Both the position numbers and the translations under genes were made by a program. A DNA stretch of 64,000 nucleotides from Savitreella phatthalungensis (taxonomy: Eukaryota). This document shows positions 18,813 to 29,175 of this stretch, piece by piece (position 1 is the first letter of the stretch; the number at the start of each line of letters is the position of its first letter). The notes below the pieces were generated by a model. The model searched no databases and was not told the origin of the DNA. It saw nothing but the letters and a program-made list of their open reading frames with translations. Location of the stretch: assembly GCA_051599415.1 (NCBI GenBank), contig AP039704.1, forward strand, positions 1-64,000. The letters run 5' to 3'.

Positions 18813-21794
18813 ATGCTCCGCCGGGTACTCGCTTCGGCGAGCCCGCGCGACCTCACATTCGCTGACCTGAAGCCGATCATCCGGTGCGCGATCGCGAGCT
18901 GGATTGGACTCGTCCTCCTACTGATAAATCCCGTCGTTCAGCACATCGGCCAGGCGTCCTATCTCGTGCTGTTCATCGGTTGCGCACAGCCGGCGAGCGG
19001 GCCGATCATCAAGACGCTGTACGATGGCATCTTCACCGTCGTCTTTGTCTGCATCTCCTGGGCCTGGTGGGTGGTGGTCTCGAGGTGCGCGACAGCCGCA
19101 AGGGGAACTGGCCTGAGTCTCGAGGACTTTCTTCGGACGTCGGACTGCACTACGGAGGCATGCGTCTCGGATCGTGCGCTCAATGGGGAGTTCGTCGACG
19201 CGCGCTCCTCCCTTGTCTACATCTTCCTCCTCGGCGTCGGCGTCACCTTCTGGCTCTGGATCAAGGTCAAGTTCCCCGCTCGACTGATCTCCGTCATCTT
19301 CGGCCTCGTCGCTCTCATCGTCTCCACGCTCACCGGCGGACTCTACCCGTACTTCCTCCCGACCTTCACGAGGACGGTGTTCTACCCGATCGCGATCCAG
19401 ACGTCAATCAGCATCCTGGCAGCGTGCTTGATCTTCCCGCAGACGATGAACTACCTGTACGTGAGGCAGCTGCGCGGCACGATCGGCAAGATCAAGGAGG
19501 TCGCCCGTGCACAGCAGGCCGTGCTCGAGGCGCCCATCACTTGTCTGGAGGATTGGCGCGGATACGCCGGGATCAAGGCGCAGGTCGGCGGGCTGAGGGC
19601 GTCGCTTGCCGGCTTGGCGCCCAACTCCGTCATGCTCGACCAGGAGATCCACTTCAGCCGCTTGCGCGCAGCCGACCTTCGCCTGCTCACCTTGCTCTGT
19701 CGCGATGTGGTTCTCAAGGCTGGTGGGTTCTCCCTCTTCTACGACCTCGTCGAGGAGACGTTGACGAAGCACGAGTCGGATAGCAAGCCACCGAGCAGGC
19801 CGTCCACGCAGCCGACTTCGCGCGCGAACTCACACGACTCCCCGCACTCCATCCGCACCCTGCTGCACGATGCCCTCCACCACCGGTACAAGCCTGTGGC
19901 CGTGTTCGAGATGTACCGCTACGACCAGTGGCAGAGCAGATTCCCGCACACGGCGGAGGTGTCGAATCTCCTGCGCATGCTCGCGCTCTGCGGCAAGTCG
20001 ACGGGACGTCTGTCAGCCGCGGTCGAAGCAGCGCTCGACGCCGCCATGATCTTCCTCGAGAAGGTCAACGACGACCGATTCGGCGCGAGGCTCCTGGGTA
20101 GGAAGATCTTTCCGCAGGACAAGCTCCTGTCCGAGAGAGCGCTCGAGCTAGGGGATGCGATCGCCGCCTGGCACGCGCACGACAGAATGGTGGCGCTTCG
20201 ACCGTATGAGGACGAGCGAAGTGCGCCTCACAGGCCGCTGCTGCGCATGATGTACGTGCAGTTCCACATCGGCCGGTATGCAGAGAGTGTGCTGAAGCTC
20301 GTGCGTGCGTGCCACGAGCTCGAGACGTCCAAGTCGACGAATCGTGCACGCTGGCATCTGCCGTCGTCGCTCGGATCCTGGCACGCGGCCAAGGGAAGGC
20401 CGTCGGCTCCCGTCCCCCAAGAGGACTACGGCATCGTCGAGCAGGAGGACGAGCTCGAGTTTGAGACCGAGGTGCGCGATCCGGACGCCGACCCACCTCG
20501 TAATGTCTTCCACCTGCTCGGACGATCGATCGTGTCGCTCGGCCAGACACTGCGACACGACCACATCTGGTTCGCGATCCGTGGAGGTGTGCTGGTCGGG
20601 ATCGTCGCCATCCCGGCCTTCCTGTCGAGCTCCGCCGGCTGGTTCTACAGGAATAAAGGGCTGTGGGCGGTCATCATGGCAGCATTCTCGCTCGCGCCAT
20701 ACAACGGCGAGACGGCGTTCACCTTTGTCTGGCGTGTGGTCGGCACTTTCACCGGTGCCGTCACGGGTCTTGCGCTGTGGTACGTGGGAAACGGCGGCGG
20801 TGGAGGACAGCCCTACGGTTTCGCCGCGATTATGGCCATCGCGTTCCCGTTCATCCAGTACGTGCGCCAGCGCTGGGTGTTCAAGACCCCGCAGCCGGCC
20901 ATCATCTATGTCATGACGATCGCGCTGATCATTGGGTACAGCTGGCAGAACACGCACGTGCCATCGCAGTACGGGCTGGGTCACGGCTGGCCAGTCGCGT
21001 GGCGACGTTTTGTGGTCGTGTGTATCGGCATCTCCGCCGCATTCCTCTGGAGTTTCATACCGCCAGTGACGGGACGGCAGGTCCTCCGGAGGAGACTTGC
21101 AGCGAGCTCTCACACGATCGGGAGGATTCTGATGGCCGTCTCCAACTTCGCACGGCACTCTCATCAGACACGCGCAGACGAAGAGATCATTCGCGGGCTC
21201 GTCACAGATGCACAGGCGAGACTCGTCGTGCTTGACCAGCGGCTCGTCTTTGTCTCGTTCGAGCCTCCGCTCAGTGGTCCTTGGCCGAAGCACCACTACG
21301 TCGAGATGCTCGCAAGTCAGCGGCAGCTCCTCGATCTCCTCGTCACCTTCTGCAACATCCTCGTGGAGATCAAGGACGAGCGATGGAAGAAGGCGCTGCT
21401 CAGCCGGGCTGGCTGGCGGCAACGTGAACTCGCCGCAGGCGCACTCTCCTCCTTGTTCATGGCTGGCAATGCTGTGCGGACCGGCAGGCCGCTCCCACAG
21501 ATCAACATCAACACGCTCGACAAATTCTACCAGCACATCGCTCACGTCCAGGATCACAGGCTGGACGGCGCCCTGCCCTCACTCTTGACGAAGCAGGTAC
21601 TGGAGGATCGTGAGTACGCGCTGTTCGCGGTCGGCTCAGTCGTGACGTTTGCCATCTACCAGCGCATAGATGGGCTGATGCGGATCGCCAAGGAACTCGT
21701 CGGGGAACAGTGGCCATCCCTGCCGTGGGAGGAGGGTGATCCCGCAATGGATGATGTGGAGAGCACCATTCATACACGTGATCACGATCCTTGA
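18813..21794 (+). CDS. FUSC-like / aromatic acid exporter (ArAE) family membrane protein
   Basis: 993 aa with two TM clusters; WFYRNKGLWAVIMA, WRVVGTFTGA and FEPPLSGPWPK motifs. Confidence 0.85.
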   Translation: MLRRVLASASPRDLTFADLKPIIRCAIASWIGLVLLLINPVVQHIGQASYLVLFIGCAQPASGPIIKTLYDGIFTVVFVCISWAWWVVVSRCATAARGTGLSLEDFLRTSDCTTEACVSDRALNGEFVDARSSLVYIFLLGVGVTFWLWIKVKFPARLISVIFGLVALIVSTLTGGLYPYFLPTFTRTVFYPIAIQTSISILAACLIFPQTMNYLYVRQLRGTIGKIKEVARAQQAVLEAPITCLEDWRGYAGIKAQVGGLRASLAGLAPNSVMLDQEIHFSRLRAADLRLLTLLCRDVVLKAGGFSLFYDLVEETLTKHESDSKPPSRPSTQPTSRANSHDSPHSIRTLLHDALHHRYKPVAVFEMYRYDQWQSRFPHTAEVSNLLRMLALCGKSTGRLSAAVEAALDAAMIFLEKVNDDRFGARLLGRKIFPQDKLLSERALELGDAIAAWHAHDRMVALRPYEDERSAPHRPLLRMMYVQFHIGRYAESVLKLVRACHELETSKSTNRARWHLPSSLGSWHAAKGRPSAPVPQEDYGIVEQEDELEFETEVRDPDADPPRNVFHLLGRSIVSLGQTLRHDHIWFAIRGGVLVGIVAIPAFLSSSAGWFYRNKGLWAVIMAAFSLAPYNGETAFTFVWRVVGTFTGAVTGLALWYVGNGGGGGQPYGFAAIMAIAFPFIQYVRQRWVFKTPQPAIIYVMTIALIIGYSWQNTHVPSQYGLGHGWPVAWRRFVVVCIGISAAFLWSFIPPVTGRQVLRRRLAASSHTIGRILMAVSNFARHSHQTRADEEIIRGLVTDAQARLVVLDQRLVFVSFEPPLSGPWPKHHYVEMLASQRQLLDLLVTFCNILVEIKDERWKKALLSRAGWRQRELAAGALSSLFMAGNAVRTGRPLPQININTLDKFYQHIAHVQDHRLDGALPSLLTKQVLEDREYALFAVGSVVTFAIYQRIDGLMRIAKELVGEQWPSLPWEEGDPAMDDVESTIHTRDHDP

Positions 21795-22003
21795 CCCCGC
21801 GGGATATCCCATTCTGAACATATTCATTCTGTATACACACCAAGCACTGTAAATTCATATACCACCACAGGTCTCTTTTTCCGTCCCTCTCGCCCTTCCA
21901 TCCTTCCTCTCGTCTCTCGCTTTTGGAGAGGCGCACATCTTTTGTACAGTATCTGTGTCGAGGAGACGAGCCACGCAGCCACTTGCCTGAGCTCTCGCTA
22001 GAG

Positions 22004-22555
22004 ATGGGCAAGACACCAGTCTTCGTGGTCGGTGGACCGGCAGGAAGCGGCAAGACGACCGTGTGCGAGCGTGTGTCAGAACTCGAGCGGTTCGCCTTCA
22101 TCGAAGGAGACTCGCTACATCCGCGAGAGAACATCGACAAGATGACTGCGGGAGTCCCACTTACAGACGACGACCGTTGGCCCTGGCTTGAATGCATCGT
22201 CGAGCGTGCAAAGGAGCTTGCGAGGGATGACTCGAATCTCGGTGTCATCCTGACTTGCTCAGCACTCAAGAAGCGGTATCGAGATCGGCTACGGAAGGTG
22301 AACGATCAGGCGGACGTCTCCTTGGACTTTATCTTCCTACGAGTCAGCGAGGACGAGCTCAGACGAAGGATGGCCACGCGCAAGGGACACTACATGAAGC
22401 CCGGCATGCTGGAATCTCAATTGAGGGATCTCGAGATGCCTGAAGTCGGCGAGGAACCACACACGGAGATTTGTGACGCCGACCACGACATAGACACCAC
22501 CGAGCGGAACGTCTTGCGCATCATTGCGAAGGTCCTCGCGCGCGATCGGCAGTAG
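22004..22555 (+). CDS. Gluconokinase (GntK/IdnK type)
   Basis: P-loop GPAGSGKTT, IEGDSLHP.ENIDKM..GVPLTDDDRWPWL, CSALKKRYRD, HYMKPGMLESQ; ATG at 22004. Confidence 0.95.
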   Translation: MGKTPVFVVGGPAGSGKTTVCERVSELERFAFIEGDSLHPRENIDKMTAGVPLTDDDRWPWLECIVERAKELARDDSNLGVILTCSALKKRYRDRLRKVNDQADVSLDFIFLRVSEDELRRRMATRKGHYMKPGMLESQLRDLEMPEVGEEPHTEICDADHDIDTTERNVLRIIAKVLARDRQ

Positions 22556-22715
22556 CTAGAAAGCAGAGTAACGAATAGTACATGACGTATGATGATACAG
22601 CCCTCTGACGCACGCAGAAACCCCGTTCGGAGCTAAATGTGCCCCAATTCTCAGCACTTCATCGTGAGGATGACGTTCTGTGAGTGCTATACTCATGATC
22701 GTTGTGTAGAATGTG

Positions 22716-23756
22716 CTATGTATGTGAGCGTGCCGTCAGCTCTCGATACCTCTCCAGGTGTTGCTCGATGGTCAAGCCATTCCACTTGTTGTCGATCACG
22801 GACGGCAATCCGACCTGCTGGCACGCTAGGCCGGCAGCGACGCTGGCATTTGCAGCAGCCTCGCATAGGGAGTCAATATCAATGCGTCTGCCGACGAGAG
22901 ACCGGCCGAGCGCGCCACAAAAGGTATTGCCCGCCCCGGTCGTGTCCACAACATTTTGGGCATACGCCGGAAGCCAGCGAAGATCGTCACCGACGGCGAC
23001 CAGGCAGCCTTCCTCGCCACAGCGGACTACGACCTGGCGGATGTCGGCACGTTGCAGCAGCTCTCTCGCAAGTTCTTCTGGTGCTCCAGAATGACCGAGA
23101 ATGCCCCCAAGCTCGTGCAGATTTGGAGACACGACCGAGACGCGCTGCAGGGCGAGGACAAATTCTGCCCACCAAGTCTTCTCGTCCTCGCCGGCACCTC
23201 GGAAGCAGCCGTCCGGGATAGGTTCCCACACGGAAATCGATTCAGGAAGCTCGTCGAGAATGGCACAGGCTCTCTGAGGTGTGCAGACGAGATGAAAGCA
23301 CGCCGCGCGCATCATTCGCCCAGGAAGATCGGCAGGGGTGATCCGCTTCTTCGGAGTCAGGTAGCTGAACTCACGAACCCCTTTCTCCGTATACGTATTC
23401 AGGCCACGCGTGCACAGCCGGGACGCATCTCTCCGGACGAGCAGATCCAGGCCGTAGCTCCGAAGCTGTACCTCTACACTTGCAGGGGTATCTTGGCCAT
23501 AATCGACGATGAAGCCCACCGTGTCATCGTACTCGCCATCGTACGGACGAGAGAACATGCGTGCACCGATTGCTGCAAAGGTTCCAGCTCCGCCAATGAC
23601 GTCGTCGACCACCTTTCCATCTGCTTCAACGATGCGGTCAATGATGAACATGCCAAAGGTGGTGAAAGCGCTGCGAGGAGTGTACTCCTGATTCTTCTCC
23701 TTCCGTGGGATGTTCTTGGCGATGAGGCCGCCCACACCGAGCAAGAGTGCGGCCAT
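22716..23756 (-). CDS. MAK32: PfkB/ribokinase-family protein, Mak32-like
   Basis: FTTFGMFIIDRI, IGGAGTFAAIGAR, WEPIP, VVSPN, VVDTTGAGNTFCG. The only ATG upstream of the conserved motif is 23756. Confidence 0.85.
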   Translation of the reverse strand: MAALLLGVGGLIAKNIPRKEKNQEYTPRSAFTTFGMFIIDRIVEADGKVVDDVIGGAGTFAAIGARMFSRPYDGEYDDTVGFIVDYGQDTPASVEVQLRSYGLDLLVRRDASRLCTRGLNTYTEKGVREFSYLTPKKRITPADLPGRMMRAACFHLVCTPQRACAILDELPESISVWEPIPDGCFRGAGEDEKTWWAEFVLALQRVSVVSPNLHELGGILGHSGAPEELARELLQRADIRQVVVRCGEEGCLVAVGDDLRWLPAYAQNVVDTTGAGNTFCGALGRSLVGRRIDIDSLCEAAANASVAAGLACQQVGLPSVIDNKWNGLTIEQHLERYRELTARSHT

Positions 23757-23998
23757 CACAGATCGGCGAGTTCCTCGATCGTCCGAAGCGTCACCTCAAG
23801 ACTGTCGAAGAATGCGTTGAGGGATGTCCTGGCTAGACGAGCGCTGTCTGCGCGCATGTCCATGATGAGCGCATCGTCTTTGACTGAGATCTCCTTACTG
23901 ACTTGGCGAGGCTTGATCTCCGGATCAGGACGCAAGACTCTCTGACACACCTCTGCAACGCCTGGAGGAAGCGGCAGTTCTAGTCGGAGGGTGTGCAT
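23756..23998 (-). CDS. PCC1: KEOPS/EKC complex subunit Pcc1
   Basis: 80 aa; HTLRLELPL...L.PDPEIKP..VSK...A.SARLARTSLNAFFDSL matches the Pcc1 pattern. Confidence 0.85.
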   Translation of the reverse strand: MHTLRLELPLPPGVAEVCQRVLRPDPEIKPRQVSKEISVKDDALIMDMRADSARLARTSLNAFFDSLEVTLRTIEELADL

Positions 23999-24234
23999 CG
24001 TGGGTGCAAGCTGTGTGCGTGCGTGCGCGCCTGGGTTTACGCGTATCTCTGTGCGTGCGTGCTGAGCATGTCCAACCAGACGAAACGTAAAGTAAAAATG
24101 TCTAGTTCAAAGGCATCCAGAATGAAAGTGAAAGTGAAAGTGCACGGGTTCAAAAGTAAAATTTATAATATCTCGCACGACTCTGTACTCTATCTTCAAC
24201 TAGGCACGACCTTCTTCATCTCTCCTTCCAAGTC

Positions 24235-26079
24235 ATGCCACCGAAGAAGGCTCAGCAGGAGACGAGTGAGTCACTCACGCGTATCGCTATTGTCGACAAT
24301 GACAAGTGCAAGCCAAAAAAGTGTCGGCAGGAGTGCAAGAAGGGATGTCCTGTCGTGAGGACGGGAAAGCTCTGTATTGAGGTCACTCCGGACTCTCGTA
24401 TCGCATTCATCTCGGAGTCTCTATGCATCGGCTGTGGTATCTGCACGAAGAAGTGCCCTTTCGAGGCGATCCACATCATCAACTTGCCTACCAACCTCGG
24501 TAGCGAGGTCACTCACCGGTACAGTGCAAACTCTTTCAAGGTTCACCGTCTGCCGTCTCCTCGGCCGGGACAGGTGCTCGGACTGGTCGGCACCAACGGT
24601 ATTGGCAAGTCGACAGCTCTCAAGATCCTTGCAGGCAAGCTCAAGCCTAACCTTGGCAAATTCGATAGCCCACCGGACTGGGAGGACATCCTCAAGTACT
24701 TCCGTGGTTCGGAGCTCCAGAATTACTTCGTCAAGGTGCTCGAGGACAACTTGAAAGCGGTCATCAAGCCGCAGTACGTCGATCACATCCCGAGAGCCAT
24801 CAAGGGTCCCGTCAAACGCGTCGGAGAGCTCCTGAAGCGCGACAAGAAGGAGGAGGAATTGCCCTATGTGGACGAGATCATTCACGTGCTCGATCTGCAG
24901 GACTTGCAGGAGCGTGAGGTCGCCCAGCTTTCCGGCGGAGAGCTACAGAGATTCGCCATCGCCGCAACATGCGTCAACCCGGCAGACGTCTACATGTTCG
25001 ACGAGCCATCGTCCTACCTCGACGTGAAGCAGCGTCTCAAGGCCGCCAGACAGATCAGAGCGCTCTGCAAGCCGACGAACTACGTGATTGTGGTCGAGCA
25101 CGATCTCTCGATCCTCGACTACCTGTCGGACTTTGTGTGCGTGCTGTACGGCATGCCATCGTTCTACGGCGTCGTGACCCTGCCATTCAGCGTGCGTGAG
25201 GGTATCAACGTCTTCCTCGACGGACACATCCCGACTGAGAACTTGCGGTTTAGGCAGGAGTCTCTCTCCTTCAAGATCACCGATGCATCGACAGAGGAGG
25301 CCATCGAGCGGTTCCGCAACTACAACTACGAGGCGATGCGCAAGACGCAGGGCGACTTCCGCCTGTACGTCAAGGCTGGTGACTTCACCGACTCCGAGAT
25401 TATCGTCATGCTCGGCGAGAACGGCACGGGCAAGACGACGTTCGTCAAGATGCTTGCCGGCGCCACCCAGCCGGACGTCGGTGGCAAGATCCCGCAGCTG
25501 AACGTGTCGATGAAGCCGCAGAAGATCGCACCAAAGTTCCAGGGCACCGTCCGCATGCTCCTCCTGAAGAAGATCAAGGGTGCCTTCTTCAACCCGCAGT
25601 TCCAGGCAGACGTGTGCAAGCCGCTGGCGCTCGACAACATTATTGACCAGGAGGTTCAGGTGCTGTCGGGTGGAGAGCTGCAGCGCGTTGCCATCATCTT
25701 GTGTCTCGGCACGCCGGCCGACATCTACCTGATCGACGAGCCGTCGGCGTACCTCGACTCCGAGCAGCGTATCCACGCGGCCAAGGTCATCAAGCGCTAC
25801 ATCCTGCATGCGCGCAAGACCGCGTTCGTGGTCGAGCACGACTTCATCATGGCCACCTACCTCGCAGACAGGGTCATCTGCTACGAGGGTCAGCCTGGTG
25901 TGGAGGCAACGGCAAATGCGCCGCAGTCGCTCCTCACAGGTATGAACAAGTTCCTCAAGCAACTCGACGTCACCTTCAGGCGTGACCCGAATACCTACAG
26001 GCCGCGTATCAACAAGAGCGAGTCGCAGCAGGACCAGACGCAGAAGGCGAGCGGCGATTACTTCTTCTACGACGCCTAG
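24235..26079 (+). CDS. RLI1: ABCE1 ribosome recycling ATPase
   Basis: N-terminal Fe-S domain ([27 protein letters not shown]); two NBDs ([24 protein letters not shown]). Confidence 0.99.
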   Translation: MPPKKAQQETSESLTRIAIVDNDKCKPKKCRQECKKGCPVVRTGKLCIEVTPDSRIAFISESLCIGCGICTKKCPFEAIHIINLPTNLGSEVTHRYSANSFKVHRLPSPRPGQVLGLVGTNGIGKSTALKILAGKLKPNLGKFDSPPDWEDILKYFRGSELQNYFVKVLEDNLKAVIKPQYVDHIPRAIKGPVKRVGELLKRDKKEEELPYVDEIIHVLDLQDLQEREVAQLSGGELQRFAIAATCVNPADVYMFDEPSSYLDVKQRLKAARQIRALCKPTNYVIVVEHDLSILDYLSDFVCVLYGMPSFYGVVTLPFSVREGINVFLDGHIPTENLRFRQESLSFKITDASTEEAIERFRNYNYEAMRKTQGDFRLYVKAGDFTDSEIIVMLGENGTGKTTFVKMLAGATQPDVGGKIPQLNVSMKPQKIAPKFQGTVRMLLLKKIKGAFFNPQFQADVCKPLALDNIIDQEVQVLSGGELQRVAIILCLGTPADIYLIDEPSAYLDSEQRIHAAKVIKRYILHARKTAFVVEHDFIMATYLADRVICYEGQPGVEATANAPQSLLTGMNKFLKQLDVTFRRDPNTYRPRINKSESQQDQTQKASGDYFFYDA

Positions 26080-26105
26080 GTCTCTTCGTCTACGGCTCGA
26101 CTCTA

Positions 26106-27290
26106 TTAGATGTAGCCCCGAGCGACGGCCAGCTCGGCGTTCAGAATGCCCATGCCGGCAGCACCGAGCACCGTGTTGTGCACGAGGGCTACGAACCGGA
26201 TGCCCTTCAGGGTGTCGTCCGCTGAGCAAAGCGGTCTGAGTCGGCCGACCGACACGGCGTAGCCGTTGTCGAGCTCCCGATCGAGTCTCGGCTGCGGCCG
26301 GTCATCCTCCTCGTGCACAAAGATGGCTCTCTTCGGTGCAGACGGCATCACCACACCCGTCTCCTTCTCGACCTCTGCCAATGGCATGTACGACTCCCAG
26401 CACTGGCGGACCTCGTCCAGCGTCCTTGGAGCAGGTCTGTCAGCGGCAAATCTTAGGGAGACGCACATGAGGTGACCGTCGAGGACTGCGACACGGTTGC
26501 AGGATGCCGAAACGGTCATGCCGCGCTTCATATCCACTTGTAGAGCACCCTGTCTGTAGCCGCCCAGAATTTTGAGAGACTCCCACTCCATCTTCTCCTC
26601 TTCGCCAGAGATGTGCGGGACCACGTTGTCGAGGATGTCGAGCGACGGCACGCCAGGGTATCCTCCGCCGGAAATGGCCTGCATCGTGACCACAGATACA
26701 TCGAACAGGGCGTCCGGCCAGGTCTTCTGGAGTGCAGCGAGCGGGACAACCAGGCCAGATGTCGAGCAATTGGAATTTGTCACGATGAAGCCCTTGCCGC
26801 TGCCTGTTTCGCGCTGCTGGACGGGGATCATGTCGATGTGGGAAGGGTTGGCAGTCGGGACGACGAGGGGCACGAGCAGGTCCCTGCGGTAGTTGCGAGC
26901 GTTCGAGAAGATGCGGAAACCGGCCTTGCGGAAGGCGGCCTCGATCTCTCCTGCGACGTCGCTGTCGAGACCTGAGAAGATGATGTCGCAGCCGGCAAAG
27001 TGTTCAGGCGAGCATGGCTTGATGACGATCTGCCGTACGGCGTCTGCGCACGGTGTCGTCTGCTTCCACTTTGTCGCCTTGATGTATGGCTTGCCCGCTG
27101 AGCGTGCGCTCGCGCCGAGCGAGTGAATCTTTAGGTACGGGTGCCGGGACAACAAGGTGATGAATCGCTGACCCACCGTTCCCGTGGCACCGAGCACACC
27201 CACTTGGAGGCTGCTGCTGCCGGATAGATGACTCTGGATACTCTGTAGTCTTGTGCTCATCCTGTGGTGTCGTGGGATCAACTGGGACAT
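26106..27290 (-). CDS. HOM2: Aspartate-semialdehyde dehydrogenase (alternative ATG at 27260)
   Basis: VGVLGATGTVGQRF, TNSNCST catalytic Cys, TMQAISGGGYPG, HNTVLGAAG. Confidence 0.97.
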   Translation of the reverse strand: MSQLIPRHHRMSTRLQSIQSHLSGSSSLQVGVLGATGTVGQRFITLLSRHPYLKIHSLGASARSAGKPYIKATKWKQTTPCADAVRQIVIKPCSPEHFAGCDIIFSGLDSDVAGEIEAAFRKAGFRIFSNARNYRRDLLVPLVVPTANPSHIDMIPVQQRETGSGKGFIVTNSNCSTSGLVVPLAALQKTWPDALFDVSVVTMQAISGGGYPGVPSLDILDNVVPHISGEEEKMEWESLKILGGYRQGALQVDMKRGMTVSASCNRVAVLDGHLMCVSLRFAADRPAPRTLDEVRQCWESYMPLAEVEKETGVVMPSAPKRAIFVHEEDDRPQPRLDRELDNGYAVSVGRLRPLCSADDTLKGIRFVALVHNTVLGAAGMGILNAELAVARGYI

Positions 27291-27403
27291 CGAGTCAGAA
27301 ATAAAATATTATCTTCTTTTAACTGGTCTAGGCCTGTCTAGGCTGATCACGCAAGGATCAGATTTTTCGATCATTCGGCCGCCCAATTCACTTCAAAGCC
27401 TCA

Positions 27404-28660
27404 TCAACCGGACTTCTCGGACAACGCCTCAATACCTGGAAGAACCTTGCCCTCGAGGAGCTCGAGAGAGGCACCGCCACCTGTAGAGACGTGTGAGAGC
27501 TCCGACTCCTTCTTGTACTGTGCAGCGACGGTGGCCGTGTCTCCGCCACCGATGATGACGGTGTTTCCGGCCTTGCACGAGTCCACACACTCCTTGAGGA
27601 GGGCTTGCGTGCCGTGAGAGAAGTTCTCGAACTCAAAGACGCCTGCGGGACCGTTCCACAGGATCGTCTTGGCCTTGCGCACGGCGGCAGCGAATAGCTC
27701 ATTCGACGTCTTGCCTGCATCGAGTCCCATCCAGCCTGATGGAATGCCGTCCTTGTCGGTTGCGTAGCCGACCTGGGCGTCCTTGGCAAACTTGTCAGCC
27801 GTCACGAAGTCGTTTGGCAGAACGATCTCGACATTGTTGTCCTTTGCCTTCTGCATGAGTGACTCGACCTGCTTGGCGCCAGCATCGTCATACAAGGAGT
27901 TGCCAATCTCCATGCCCTCGAGCACCTTCTTGAAGGTGAATGCCATGCCACCGCAGACGATCAGGATGTTGACCTTTGTGAGAAGGTTGTCGATGAGCTG
28001 GATCTTGTCGGTGACCTTGGCTCCGCCGAGGATGGCGAGGAAAGGTCGGGATGGGCTCTCGAGTGCCTTCGCAAAGTACTCGAGCTCCTTGGCCATGAGG
28101 AAGCCTGAGGCGCGCTGAGGCAGCTCGACACCGACCATTGACGAGTGTGCGCGGTGAGCTGTGCCGAAGGCGTCGTTCACAAAGACGTCGCCGAGCGAGG
28201 TCAGCGACTTGCGGAACTTGGCCACGTCCTCCTTAGACGCCTTCACCTTGTTGCCGTCCTTGTCCTTGGACGAACCCTCCTCCTCAGCATAGTAGCGCAG
28301 ATTCTCTAGCAAGATCACCTCGCCCTCCTTGGGCGATGCACAGGCCTTCTCGACCTCCTCGCCAACGCAATCGTTCAGGAAGGTGACGTCTTTTCCGAGC
28401 AGTCTACTCAGCTCAGCCTGGACAGGCTTGAGCGAGTACTTCTCGACCTTCTGACCGTTCGGACGGCCGAGGTGGGACATGAGCACCACAGACTTGGCTC
28501 CATTGTCAAGCGCATACTTGATAGTGGGCACTGCACCGACGATACGCTGGTTGTTTGTGATCTTGGTGCCGTCCAGAGGGACGTTGAAGTCTACACGGAT
28601 CAGCACCCGCTTGTCCTTGAGTGTGAGATCCTTGATGGAGAGCTTCGATGAGAGAGACAT
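27404..28660 (-). CDS. PGK1: Phosphoglycerate kinase
   Basis: [45 protein letters not shown]. Confidence 0.99.
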   Translation of the reverse strand: MSLSSKLSIKDLTLKDKRVLIRVDFNVPLDGTKITNNQRIVGAVPTIKYALDNGAKSVVLMSHLGRPNGQKVEKYSLKPVQAELSRLLGKDVTFLNDCVGEEVEKACASPKEGEVILLENLRYYAEEEGSSKDKDGNKVKASKEDVAKFRKSLTSLGDVFVNDAFGTAHRAHSSMVGVELPQRASGFLMAKELEYFAKALESPSRPFLAILGGAKVTDKIQLIDNLLTKVNILIVCGGMAFTFKKVLEGMEIGNSLYDDAGAKQVESLMQKAKDNNVEIVLPNDFVTADKFAKDAQVGYATDKDGIPSGWMGLDAGKTSNELFAAAVRKAKTILWNGPAGVFEFENFSHGTQALLKECVDSCKAGNTVIIGGGDTATVAAQYKKESELSHVSTGGGASLELLEGKVLPGIEALSEKSG

Positions 28661-28914
28661 GGCTTCTTGGAGGAATAAGGTTTGGTCAGTAGGTCACCGA
28701 TATTCTGGTGATCCATCTCTTCTGGTCTGCTGGACTTTACCTTATCGGTGCATTCCACCTCGTGGATATCGACCCGCACGTGCCCGACGCCGCCGTAACC
28801 CTCCGAACGCCACATCTCCAATCTGATCACGTGTACGCTGAGGTGCAGGTCTGTGGCTTGTGCATAAAAGAGACGCGTCACATGCACGAGCAAGCACCTC
28901 GCTCAACGAGACAC

Positions 28915-29165
28915 ATGTCGACCCCAGCGTTGGATGACGAGTTTGAGGACTTTCCTCATGAAGGTACGGTCGTGCAAAGAGGTCTGAATTAATGCCAGGG
29001 ACGTGAGACTGACAGACGACAGACTGGACTGATGCAGAGACTTCCCTCGGCGTGAAGAAGGAGTGGGAGGATTCGTGGGATGACGACAACCTGGACGATG
29101 ACTTTTCAAAGCAACTGGCAGAGCAACTGTCTAAGGCAGAGACGGAGACCAAGACCAAAACCTAG
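28915..29165 (+). CDS. SEM1: Sem1/Dss1 proteasome lid subunit, 63 aa (exons 28915-28963, 29023-29165); not in the ORF track
   Basis: 59-nt intron GTACGG...ACTGAC...CAG. Spliced product LDDEFEDFPHEDW...WEDSWDDDNLDDDFSKQL is the DSS1 signature. An in-frame upstream ATG exists at 28882. Confidence 0.93.
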
Positions 29166-29175
29166 GTAATATTAT

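Noticed and set aside
22553..22585. Gluconokinase stop in readthrough-like context TAG CTA
   Set aside because: The extension LESRVTNST has no PTS1 or other recognisable signal.
24943..26229. Long antisense ORFs (also 20148-21557, 15301-16401, 14289-15233, 22956-23945, 8463-9419)
   Set aside because: Shadow frames opposite GC3-rich conserved genes; no independent motifs.
27300..27460. Cryptic peroxisomal PGK isoform by readthrough or alternative splicing, as known in other fungi
   Set aside because: The stop is a double TGA TGA, not TGA CTA, and none of the donor/acceptor combinations I tried ends in a PTS1.
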